NCBI GenBank assembly: GCA_017447775.1 | Contig: JAFSMU010000030.1 | Coordinates: forward strand, 21,872 to 85,871 | Source: Clostridia bacterium | GTDB lineage: Bacteria; Bacillota; Clostridia; Oscillospirales; CAG-272 | Length of the DNA stretch: 64,000 nucleotides | Reading direction: 5' to 3' | Part shown: one piece after another, positions 1-8,159 of the stretch | How positions within the stretch are numbered: the stretch's first letter is position 1 | Layout of the letters: each line of letters begins with the position of its first letter | The notes under the pieces: generated by a model | The model's database searches: none | Seen by the model: the letters and a program-made list of their open reading frames with translations, nothing else | Told to the model about the DNA's origin: nothing | Translations under genes and position numbers: made by a program

Positions 1-843
1 AACAGTCGCGGAGCATCCGCAGCCCGAGCCACCGGAGTGAACGTCCTGCGTTTTGCAGTTGTATATCATAAGTCCGCAGTCGTTGTAGTTTTTGCTCATA
101 TCATATCCTTTTGTTCCCATGATCTCGCATAGAATAGAGTGGCCTTCCATACCGAGATCGCCCGTCAGAATGAGGTCATAGTCGGACGGGGACGTATTTG
201 TCTCATCAAAATATCTTTTGAATGTGTTTATTGCCGCCGGCGCCATGGCGGCGCCCATGTTGTTTGCGTCGCTGATCCCCATGTCTATCGGGATGCCCGG
301 CATAACGTCGCAGATAAACGGCCCCGCTCCGTCAAGCGATAAGATCACGGCGCCCGCACCCGTAACCGTTCTTTGCGATGTCGGCGGACGCTGGCCGCCG
401 TATTCGATCGGGAAGCGGAACTGTCTTTCCGCCGAGCAAAAGTGCGATGAAGTAACAACGGCGCATTTTTTATAATACCCCGCGCCGAGCATCATCGACG
501 CTATCGCAAGCCCTTCCGCAAAAGTTGAACACGCGCCGTATATTCCGAAATACGGCTTTGCAAATCCCAGCGCGCCGTATGCCGATCCCGTACATTGATT
601 CATAAGATCGCCCGCGAAAATTACCTCGATATCACTTGGCGACAGTTTTGCTTTTGCAAGAGATGTGTTCACGGCAAGCCGCTGCATTTCGCTTTCCGAC
701 TTTTCCCACGTGTCCATGCCGAAAGTCGAGTCGTTGTCGTGAATATCAAAATCGGTCCCGAGCGGGCCGTCGTATTCTTTTTTGCCGACGACTGACGCGC
801 CTGATATTATCGATGGAGCATGAGATAGTTTAATAATGCTCAA
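1..843 (-). CDS. spoVAD: Stage V sporulation protein AD (SpoVAD), N-terminal ~281 codons; the 3' end runs off the window start
   Basis: Absent from the supplied ORF track because it is open at the window edge and has a TTG start. Reverse translation in the frame ending at nt 1 gives MSIIKLSHAPSIISGASVVGKKEYDGPLG...FGIYGACSTFAEGLAIA...SSHFCSAERQFRFPIEYGGQRP...QDVHSGGSGCGCSATV, a thiolase-like SpoVAD pattern. The TTG at 843-841 overlaps the spoVAC stop, and GGGGTGA lies just upstream. Confidence 0.85.
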   Translation of the reverse strand, partial: MSIIKLSHAPSIISGASVVGKKEYDGPLGTDFDIHDNDSTFGMDTWEKSESEMQRLAVNTSLAKAKLSPSDIEVIFAGDLMNQCTGSAYGALGFAKPYFGIYGACSTFAEGLAIASMMLGAGYYKKCAVVTSSHFCSAERQFRFPIEYGGQRPPTSQRTVTGAGAVILSLDGAGPFICDVMPGIPIDMGISDANNMGAAMAPAAINTFKRYFDETNTSPSDYDLILTGDLGMEGHSILCEIMGTKGYDMSKNYNDCGLMIYNCKTQDVHSGGSGCGCSATV

Positions 844-1286
844 AATATCACCCCCGCAAGCCAATAAATCACGCCGTAGATCACCGACGAAAGCGTGCCG
901 TAAACGATGACAGGACCGGCGACGGTAAACATTTTTGCTCCGACGCCGAGGATAAAGCCTTCGCTTTTGTCGTCTATCGCCGACGCCACAATAGAGTTTG
1001 CAAATCCCGTTATCGGAACGAGAGTGCCCGCTCCAGCAAAGCGTGCTATATCGTCAAAAATGCCGATGCCGGTAAGCAGTCCGGCGAGGAAAATAAACGT
1101 TATCGGAACAAGGGACTTTGCCGTGTTCCCGTCGATCCCGAGCGATAAAAACAGCATGCTCAGCGCCTCGGCGCAGGCGCACAAAAAACCGCCGACGAAA
1201 AATGCTTTTGCGCAATCGGCAATGACAGGAGATTTTTTTGAATGTCGCTTTGAGTATTTAATATACTCATTTCTGTTCATATCCAT
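840..1286 (-). CDS. spoVAC: Stage V sporulation protein AC (SpoVAC), small multi-pass membrane protein
   Basis: 148-aa ORF with about 4 TM segments (FFVGGFLCACAEAL, ITFIFLAGLLTGIGIFD, PITGFANSIV, GPVIVYGTLSSVIYGVIYW). It sits immediately upstream of spoVAD and overlaps it, the classic spoVAC-spoVAD order. Confidence 0.85.
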   Translation of the reverse strand: MDMNRNEYIKYSKRHSKKSPVIADCAKAFFVGGFLCACAEALSMLFLSLGIDGNTAKSLVPITFIFLAGLLTGIGIFDDIARFAGAGTLVPITGFANSIVASAIDDKSEGFILGVGAKMFTVAGPVIVYGTLSSVIYGVIYWLAGVIF

Positions 1287-1362
1287 AAACGAACCCCGAT
1301 GATTGTATTCTGCTCTTATTGTTTTCTTTTGGCTTTTTTATATTTGTGGAAAATGATTGAAA

Positions 1363-1388
1363 GAAAAAAACGCGGTTGCCCGCGTTTT
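1363..1388. terminator. Rho-independent terminator (bidirectional hairpin) after the BofC-like gene
   Basis: The stem cgcgg/ccgcg (1371-1384) is flanked by an A-run and a T-run, directly after the stop codon at 1389-1391. Confidence 0.6.
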
Positions 1389-1799
1389 TCAGTTGCACAA
1401 ATCCATAATATATGACGTGAGTTCTTCTTCCGAATATATCTCAACTCCGACCGAAAGCGCTTCTCTGTCGTCGGCGCTCAAAAGAAATTCGGGCATATTC
1501 AGTGATCTGACCGTATTACCGTCGTTGTCTTTTGCAACGACAAACCCGTTTTCTGTTTTGATTATATATTTCGGTTCGCTCACGACTGCCGCCGCCTGTT
1601 CGTCTTGCTTTGGCGGCTGTTCGATTTTTTCCGTCTGCTCATTTGTGCTTGCAGCCGCTTCGATCGTTTTCATCGCTTTGTCATACTGCGCCTTCGTTCT
1701 GCCGCTTACGTTGATGCAGACTATAACGGCTATCACCGACAAAACCAAAGCGACAGCCGAAAAAAGAACCGATATTCCGCTCATTTTTGAATTTTCCAT
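1389..1799 (-). CDS. Membrane-anchored protein with a BofC C-terminal-like domain (sporulation-associated, hypothetical)
   Basis: The track ORF 1389..1985 is trimmed to the ATG at 1799 (MENSKMSGISVLF...), which has AAGAGGA 8 nt upstream. The longer version would overlap the divergent PBP gene. It has one N-terminal TM helix, and its C-terminus (YIIKTENGFVVAKDNDGNTV...LSADDREALSVGVEIYSEEELTSYIMDL) resembles the BofC_C pattern. Confidence 0.5.
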   Translation of the reverse strand: MENSKMSGISVLFSAVALVLSVIAVIVCINVSGRTKAQYDKAMKTIEAAASTNEQTEKIEQPPKQDEQAAAVVSEPKYIIKTENGFVVAKDNDGNTVRSLNMPEFLLSADDREALSVGVEIYSEEELTSYIMDLCN

Positions 1800-1888
1800 A
1801 ATCATATCCTCTTTTTCCATTTTTCTGTATTCATATTGTTGTCGATTTTTGCCACAATATTCAAAGAAATAAAAACAAGAGGCAGGAT

Positions 1889-4276
1889 ATGAAAAAAATA
1901 ATAAAACGCACGGCCATAGCAGCGGCGCTGACGATTTTATGCGTCGTACTCGCGCTCTCGTCGGGCTTTGCCGTAATATATGCATATATCAGTAAAAACG
2001 TCGATGCGTCGCTTGATTTTGAGTCGCTGATGTCGGCAAAAGGACTTACAAGCACTATTGTGTACCTTGATGAAAACGGTCGGGAGCGGGAGCTTGTTCA
2101 GCTTCACGGAGCGGAAAACAGGATCTGGACTGATATCGAAAACGTCCCCGATCACGTCATCGACGCTTTTATATCAATTGAAGATCATCGCTTTTTTGAG
2201 CATGACGGAATAGACTTCAAACGCACTGTCGGTGCTGTCTTGAACTTCGCCGGGAACGGCGGCGGCTTTGGCGGCTCGACCATAACCCAACAGCTTATAA
2301 AAAACCTGACCGGCGACGATCAGAACACGATCAAAAGGAAAATACGCGAGATCCTTCGCGCCAAAGAGCTTGAAAAAAACGTTTCAAAAAAGGATATTCT
2401 CGAAGCGTATCTGAATACGGTTTATCTTTCAAACGGATGCTACGGCATTCAGACGGCGGCGGAGTGCTTTTTTTCAAAGGACGTATCAGAGCTTTCTTTG
2501 CCCGAGGGAGCGGCGCTTGCGGCAATACTGAAATATCCGTATAAATATGATCCGATAAGAAACCCCGAGCAAAACACGCAAAGAAGGAACACCGTTCTTT
2601 TGCGGATGTACGAGCTTGGCAAAATCAGCGAGGATGAATACAGCTCGGCGATAAGCAAACCGCTTGAACTGAACACCGTAAAAGAAAAAAACGCCTCGCG
2701 AAATTTATCGTGGTTTGAGGAAACGGTGATCGACGAGGTCGCCGACGCGCTGTGCGAAAAATACAAGTGCGATAAAAAGACGGCCATCAAGAAAATTTAC
2801 AGTGGAGGACTTAAAATCGTTTCCACGATAAAGCCGGATATCCAGTCGGCGCTTGAAAAAGTGTATGAAAACGAGAAAAACTTCCCCGCGTCGGGAGTCC
2901 TTACGCCGCCGGAATCAGCGTCTGTCGTGATCGATTCCCGCACGGGCGCGCTATTGGCAGTCGTCGGCTCGCGCGGCGAAAAAAAGTCGGACAGAATAAT
3001 GAATTACGCAACTCAGCTCACTCGCTCCCCCGGCTCCGTGTTGAAGCCGCTAAGCGTTTACGCGCCGGCGCTCGATAAGGATATTATAACGTGGGCAAGA
3101 GTTTACGACGACGTGCCTGTTCTTTTTGAGCAGACGGATGACGGATTTACCGCGTGGCCGAAAAACAATCCGAGAGTCTATTCGGGACTGACAAACGTAA
3201 ACCATTCGATTGAAAAATCCATAAACACAGTCGCTGTCAAAGTTTTGCGCGATCTCGGCATACGGGAATCGTATGAATTTTTGAAAAAACTCGGAATAAA
3301 AACGCTCACCGACGGAACAAAAAGCAAGGATGGCAAGTGGCTGTCGGATATCAGCGAAGCGCCGCTTGCACTCGGAGCGACGACAAACGGATGCACGCTA
3401 TATCAGGTCGCGGGCGCATATACGATGCTTGCAACTGACGGAACGTTCAGAAAGCCGCATTGCTTTACAAAAGTATACGACGACAAAGGCGAGCTGATTC
3501 TCGAAAATGAAACGGGCGGCGAAAGGATGATATCGGCGGAAAGCGCGGATATAATGACGAGAATGCTTGAAAACGTCGTCAAAAACGGCACGGCAAAAGG
3601 AATGAAAATATCCCAAAACGTGAGCGTTGCCGGTAAAACAGGCACGTCCAACTCAAATACCGACCGCTGGTTTATCGGATATACTCCCGATTATATCTGC
3701 GGCGTTTGGTACGGCTATATCGACGCGCGCGACATCGGCAATTTTTCAAAAAATCCCGCCTGCACTGTTTTTGATTCCGTCATGAGCGAAATATATAAAC
3801 TCACGCCGGAACTCTTGTCAAACGAATTCGAGAAAAGCAAAAACGTCGTTTCGTGCCTGTATTGCAGGGATTCCGGCTGCCTTGCCGACGCCGACTGCAT
3901 TCTCGATCCCAGAGGATCGAGGATAGAGCTTGGCTATTTCAAAAAAGGGACCGAACCGCAAAGTCATTGCGACGCGCACGTCTGCGTCGAATACGATGAC
4001 GGGGTGATTTGCGACGGCGCATTCCATTTTGATTCAAAAAAGGTCGCGCTCGTAAAAAATTATACAAGGTCGTTCCCTTGTCCCGTCACGGTTGAGGACG
4101 CGCAATATACGTACCGATACCTTTCCCCGCTTTATCCGCCAAACACAAGCGCCGACGGCGCATATTTTGACTCCCTTGCCGCCGACGGCGAGTATTTCGG
4201 CTGCTCCGGCGTCCAAAAAGCGTTCAATCGCTCCAAAAACCAAAGCAATGCGATCGAAGATCAACACGATGAATAA
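1889..4276 (+). CDS. Class A penicillin-binding protein (bifunctional GT51 glycosyltransferase / transpeptidase, PBP1A-type)
   Basis: 795 aa with an N-terminal TM anchor. GT51 motifs are EDHRFFEHDGID, GGSTITQQLIKN and RKIREILRAKELE. Transpeptidase motifs are SPGSVLKP (SxxK), SIN-type and KTGTS. The Cys-rich C-terminal extension is treated in findings. Confidence 0.93.
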   Translation: MKKIIKRTAIAAALTILCVVLALSSGFAVIYAYISKNVDASLDFESLMSAKGLTSTIVYLDENGRERELVQLHGAENRIWTDIENVPDHVIDAFISIEDHRFFEHDGIDFKRTVGAVLNFAGNGGGFGGSTITQQLIKNLTGDDQNTIKRKIREILRAKELEKNVSKKDILEAYLNTVYLSNGCYGIQTAAECFFSKDVSELSLPEGAALAAILKYPYKYDPIRNPEQNTQRRNTVLLRMYELGKISEDEYSSAISKPLELNTVKEKNASRNLSWFEETVIDEVADALCEKYKCDKKTAIKKIYSGGLKIVSTIKPDIQSALEKVYENEKNFPASGVLTPPESASVVIDSRTGALLAVVGSRGEKKSDRIMNYATQLTRSPGSVLKPLSVYAPALDKDIITWARVYDDVPVLFEQTDDGFTAWPKNNPRVYSGLTNVNHSIEKSINTVAVKVLRDLGIRESYEFLKKLGIKTLTDGTKSKDGKWLSDISEAPLALGATTNGCTLYQVAGAYTMLATDGTFRKPHCFTKVYDDKGELILENETGGERMISAESADIMTRMLENVVKNGTAKGMKISQNVSVAGKTGTSNSNTDRWFIGYTPDYICGVWYGYIDARDIGNFSKNPACTVFDSVMSEIYKLTPELLSNEFEKSKNVVSCLYCRDSGCLADADCILDPRGSRIELGYFKKGTEPQSHCDAHVCVEYDDGVICDGAFHFDSKKVALVKNYTRSFPCPVTVEDAQYTYRYLSPLYPPNTSADGAYFDSLAADGEYFGCSGVQKAFNRSKNQSNAIEDQHDE

Positions 4277-4280
4277 TTCA

Positions 4281-4311
4281 AAAATCCGTGCACATCGCAC
4301 GGATTTTTTTA
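4281..4311 (+). terminator. Rho-independent terminator of the PBP gene
   Basis: aaaaatccgtgcacatcgcacggattttttt forms the stem atccgtgc/gcacggat followed by T7. Confidence 0.75.
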
Positions 4312-4374
4312 ATACTATACCGTCAAAATACGCATTTAATAAATGTTAGCATACGCTTATTCGCACGAAAAATC

Positions 4375-4402
4375 TTGACATTTTCGTTTTATGTGATATT
4401 AT
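4375..4402 (+). promoter_or_regulatory. Sigma-A-type promoter for the ferredoxin gene
   Basis: TTGACA (4375-4380), a 16-nt spacer, then TATTAT (4397-4402) preceded by TGn (extended -10). Confidence 0.5.
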
Positions 4403-4464
4403 ATAAATGTGGTGATTATGAAATCATACATAATTCTAATTCACAAAAGGTGAGGAGAACAGTT

Positions 4465-4638
4465 ATGCCTTATGTAATCGATGCCGATAAATGCCTCGGC
4501 TGCGGCGCTTGCGCAGATGCGTGCCCGGTTGGCGCTATTTCCGAAAAGGACGGCAAATACGTTATCAATCCCGACGAGTGCATTGAATGCGGCGCTTGCG
4601 CCGGCACGTGCCCTGTTGAGGCTCCCGAGCTTAAATAA
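4465..4638 (+). CDS. 2x[4Fe-4S] ferredoxin (57 aa)
   Basis: MPYVIDADKCLGCGACADACPVGAI...CIECGACAGTCPVEAP contains two CxxCxxCxxxCP motifs. AGGTGAGGAG precedes the ATG at 4465. The 5' part of track ORF 4288..4638 is rejected. Confidence 0.93.
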   Translation: MPYVIDADKCLGCGACADACPVGAISEKDGKYVINPDECIECGACAGTCPVEAPELK

Positions 4639-4793
4639 TTTCGGAATACGTATCAAAGAAGGACTCTCAAAGAGTCTTTTTTTGATTTTGGGGTTTATTT
4701 TTTTTCGTTGTTGTGATATATTATAATCCGAAATAAATAATTTTTGTGTTTTTGCATATAATTACCTTCTGAAGAATAATCGGAGGTGATTAA

Positions 4794-5975
4794 ATGAAAA
4801 ATGCCGTTATACCGGTTCTGCTTGGCGCCGATATGAACTGCTATAGCCTGGCGCGTGCTTTTCACGAGGCTTACGGTGTTAAATCGCACGTTTTCGGGAA
4901 AGTTGAGCTTGGAGCGATAAAGTATTCAAAGATAATACGTTTTACCAAAATACCGCCCCTTGATGAAACGGAAAAAGTGATCGACACACTTGTGGATTTC
5001 GCGAAAAATGCGCCCCAAAAGCCGTATATCTTCGGCTGTACCGACGAGTACGTCGTGTTCATTTCAAAATACAAAAGCGTTCTTGAAAAGTATTACGTTT
5101 GCGTATGCCCCGACAAAGAAACAGTTTGTGAATTTTCGGAAAAAGACAATTTTTACAAAAAATGCGCGGAATTGTCGATCAAATACCCCGAATACATCTG
5201 CTTAAACAAAACAGAAGACGCGGAAAAGCTTAAATCACCGCCTTTTGAATACCCGATTATAATAAAGCCGTCGTGTTCATATAAATACTGGTATCATCCG
5301 TTTGACGGAATGCAAAAAGTTTACGTTGCAAAGGACTTTGAGCAAGCAAAAGAAACAGTAAATAAAATTTACCTTTCCGGATACAACGGCAAAATAATAG
5401 CGCAAAAGAAGATAAATAACGCCACACAATACGTCGCAACATGCTATTCCGAAAACGGAAAAAATACTTTTTGCATCGGGCGTGTTCTTCTCGGCGAGGT
5501 TACGCCGAAAGGAGTAGGAAACCACGTCGCGATAATAACGGAAAATAATGATGATATAAAAGAAAACGTAAACCGTTTTCTTTCCGGAATAAAATACTGC
5601 GGCTTTTCAAATTTTGATATTCTGTGCGATGAAAAAAGCGGTAAATTATATTTACTTGAAATAAATTCAAGACTTGGCAGAAGCAATTATTATATGACTG
5701 CCGCCGGCATGAATCCCGCACGGATCGCGCTTGAAGGTAAATTCGATTTACCTCAAACGAGCATTTTCTGGCACTCTGTTCCGAAAAGCATAATTGTAAA
5801 GAATGCGTCGCCCGCCGATAGATCGCTGATCAAAGAGCTGTCAAAAGCAGGACGTGATTATTCAACGTTCTTTTACGGCCACGACCTTAAAAGCCCGATG
5901 CGTCTTGCATACGTTGCGGCGCATCAACTCGGCTTTTTTGCAAAATACAAAAAATACGGCTCGCTCGGTATATGA
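4794..5975 (+). CDS. ATP-grasp carboxylate-amine ligase (candidate D-aspartate ligase-like enzyme)
   Basis: 393 aa. The N-terminus is VLLGADMNCYSLARAFHEAYGVKSHVFGK, and the C-terminal part (YCGFSNFDILCDEKSGKLYLLEINSRLGRSNYY) fits an ATP-grasp fold (E-x-N metal-binding region). GGAGGTG lies upstream. It is coupled by a 4-nt overlap to the racemase gene. Confidence 0.7.
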   Translation: MKNAVIPVLLGADMNCYSLARAFHEAYGVKSHVFGKVELGAIKYSKIIRFTKIPPLDETEKVIDTLVDFAKNAPQKPYIFGCTDEYVVFISKYKSVLEKYYVCVCPDKETVCEFSEKDNFYKKCAELSIKYPEYICLNKTEDAEKLKSPPFEYPIIIKPSCSYKYWYHPFDGMQKVYVAKDFEQAKETVNKIYLSGYNGKIIAQKKINNATQYVATCYSENGKNTFCIGRVLLGEVTPKGVGNHVAIITENNDDIKENVNRFLSGIKYCGFSNFDILCDEKSGKLYLLEINSRLGRSNYYMTAAGMNPARIALEGKFDLPQTSIFWHSVPKSIIVKNASPADRSLIKELSKAGRDYSTFFYGHDLKSPMRLAYVAAHQLGFFAKYKKYGSLGI

Positions 5976-6679
5976 AAACGCTCGGTATTATCGGCGGTCT
6001 CGGTCCGCTTGCATCGGCTGAATTTTATAAAAAAATTTGCAAAATGACCGACGCGTCATCCGACAAAGAACACATTGATGCCGTTATCACAAGCTTCTCG
6101 TCAACGCCGGACCGCTCGGCTTTTATACTCGGAGAAAGCGATAAAAGCCCTTTGCCAAAACTTAAAAATGCACTTGCAACACTTGAGAGCTGCGGCGCCG
6201 AAGTCATTGTAATGCCGTGCAACACGGCGGACTTCTTTTATGACGAGCTTCACTTGCTTACATCGGCTGATTTTCCAAGCATTACGCGGGAAACGGTGGC
6301 GTATGCTTATTCTCGCGGCGCAAGAAAGATCGGGATAATAGCAACCGACGGAACGGTAAATAGCGCTATATATCACAGGCTTTGCAACGAATACGGCATT
6401 ACCCCGCTATTTCCCGATAAACGCGATCAAACTAAAATAGTAAATGATATTTACTCTATAATAAAGGCGGGAAATTCAGATGTAAAATCCGTTTACTGCG
6501 TAGCGATGTCATTGCTTGAAAAATGCGATAAGGTTGTATTTGCCTGCACGGAGCTATCTCTGATAGACATTTCAATGTGGCAAATCAAAAACAATATTAT
6601 TGACTCAACCGAAGTTCTCGCAAGACGTGCAATAGAGCTTTGCGGCGCAAAATTACGCGCCGAATACATAGAAAGATAG
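5972..6679 (+). CDS. Aspartate/glutamate racemase-superfamily enzyme (aspartate racemase-like)
   Basis: MKTLGIIGGLGPLASAEFYKKI at the N-terminus. Both catalytic Cys contexts are present (VIVMPCNTADFF and VVFACTELSLI). Confidence 0.85.
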   Translation: MKTLGIIGGLGPLASAEFYKKICKMTDASSDKEHIDAVITSFSSTPDRSAFILGESDKSPLPKLKNALATLESCGAEVIVMPCNTADFFYDELHLLTSADFPSITRETVAYAYSRGARKIGIIATDGTVNSAIYHRLCNEYGITPLFPDKRDQTKIVNDIYSIIKAGNSDVKSVYCVAMSLLEKCDKVVFACTELSLIDISMWQIKNNIIDSTEVLARRAIELCGAKLRAEYIER

Positions 6680-6689
6680 GGGGTAAATT

Positions 6690-8144
6690 ATGGTAAATAC
6701 AGACGGGATCGCGTCGATTCTCGGCGTTTCACCTTGCCGTATTAATATCGAAATTCAAGATATTACCTGTAATTCCAAAGAATGTGGCGAAGGGATCGCC
6801 TTTGCCGCGCTTGTCGGCGAAGAATTTGACGGCCATAATTTTGCAGATGACGCATATCTTCGCGGCACAAGAGTATTCTTCGTAGAACGTAAATTAAATT
6901 TACCCCAAGACTGCATCCAATTCATCGTTGATGATTCGCGCGCCGCGCTGTCATCGGTTTCCCTGTTCGTTCACCAAAACCCGCAAAAAAAATTAAAGCT
7001 TATCGGCGTTACCGGCACAAAAGGCAAGTCGACTGTTGTGCTGATGATACATAAAATACTGACAAGCATTGGCAAAAAAGCGATTTTTTCAAGCACTCTC
7101 GGCATAAATACCGACGGCTCGCTTTTCCCTTCTTTTAATTCAACTCCCGAAAGCGACGATATGGCAAGGTTCCTTTCAAGAGGTGTCGACTCGGGCGCTG
7201 AATATGCAGTTATCGAGGTTTCTTCTCAAGGAATAAAGCAGAAAAGAGTGGGCGCGTTAAAGTTTGACATTGGCGTTATGACAAACCTATCCCGCGATCA
7301 CATCGGGCGCGGCGAACACAGTGATTTCGCCGAATATATGACGTGCAAACAAGCTTTTTTTGAAAAGTGCAAATTCGGGATATTCAACGCTGATGACAAG
7401 TATTTTTCCGAGTTTTCAAATATATGCGAAGGTTCTTCGTACGGAATCAAAAACTCAGCCGACATTTCTGCAAAAAACGTTAAAATTGAGCGCCTGTCAA
7501 ACGATTTTCGCAGTGAATTTGACATTTCATCGCCCGGTCAAACGGCTCATTTTTCGCTCCCGATACCCGGAACGTTTGCCGTTTATGACGCGCTTGCCGC
7601 CGTCGGAGCGTGCATAAAACTCGGTATTCCCCTATCAAAATGCGCCGACGCGCTTTTAGATTTTCATATTGAAGGGCGATTTGAAAAAATAAACGTCGAG
7701 CGCGATATCGACATTGTTATAGATTACGCTCACAATGGAGAGAGTCTGAAAAGCGCTCTGAAAACCGCGCGACGACTTGCTCGCGGAAAAGTTGTTTGCG
7801 TTTTCGGTTCAGTTGGCGGGCGCACGGAAATGCGCCGCGCCGCTTTGGGAAAAGCCGCGGACAAATTTGCGGATGAATGTATTTTGACATCTGACAACCC
7901 GAATTTTGAAAATCCGCTTGACATTTTGTCAAAAATAGCGGATAATATAACGGGCGTGCCGTATAGAATAATTCCGGATCGCGAGGAAGCGATAAGATTT
8001 GCCATTGAAAACGCAGACGACGGCGATTTTATTCTTATATGCGGCAAAGGACATGAAAAATATCAGCTCGTCAGCGGCAATAAAATACCGTTTGATGAAA
8101 AGGAAATTGTAACTAGCGCATCAAAAATCAAAGCAAACATATAA
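6690..8144 (+). CDS. murE: UDP-N-acetylmuramoyl-L-alanyl-D-glutamate--diamino-acid ligase (MurE family), non-DAP (Lys-type) motif
   Basis: 484 aa with the Mur-ligase P-loop GVTGTKGKST, plus DYAHNGESL and a C-terminal GKGHE. The substrate-specificity tetrad reads DNPN (7893-7904) rather than DNPR. Confidence 0.85.
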   Translation: MVNTDGIASILGVSPCRINIEIQDITCNSKECGEGIAFAALVGEEFDGHNFADDAYLRGTRVFFVERKLNLPQDCIQFIVDDSRAALSSVSLFVHQNPQKKLKLIGVTGTKGKSTVVLMIHKILTSIGKKAIFSSTLGINTDGSLFPSFNSTPESDDMARFLSRGVDSGAEYAVIEVSSQGIKQKRVGALKFDIGVMTNLSRDHIGRGEHSDFAEYMTCKQAFFEKCKFGIFNADDKYFSEFSNICEGSSYGIKNSADISAKNVKIERLSNDFRSEFDISSPGQTAHFSLPIPGTFAVYDALAAVGACIKLGIPLSKCADALLDFHIEGRFEKINVERDIDIVIDYAHNGESLKSALKTARRLARGKVVCVFGSVGGRTEMRRAALGKAADKFADECILTSDNPNFENPLDILSKIADNITGVPYRIIPDREEAIRFAIENADDGDFILICGKGHEKYQLVSGNKIPFDEKEIVTSASKIKANI

Positions 8145-8159
8145 AACAAGGAGCTAACA

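Noticed and set aside
1287-1365. Attempt to assign a forespore (sigma-G/F) promoter upstream of spoVAC.
   Set aside because: No convincing match to the -35/-10 consensus at proper spacing could be found by eye, so it is left unannotated.
1800-1985. N-terminal 62 codons of track ORF 1389..1985. There are similar 5' extensions of ORFs at 4288, 10983..11528, 12021..12767, 26134, 36580..37803, 42471, 62590..63372 and others.
   Set aside because: In each case the extension overlaps a neighbouring gene or promoter and lacks an RBS. An internal ATG with a GGAGG-type RBS starts the recognisable protein.
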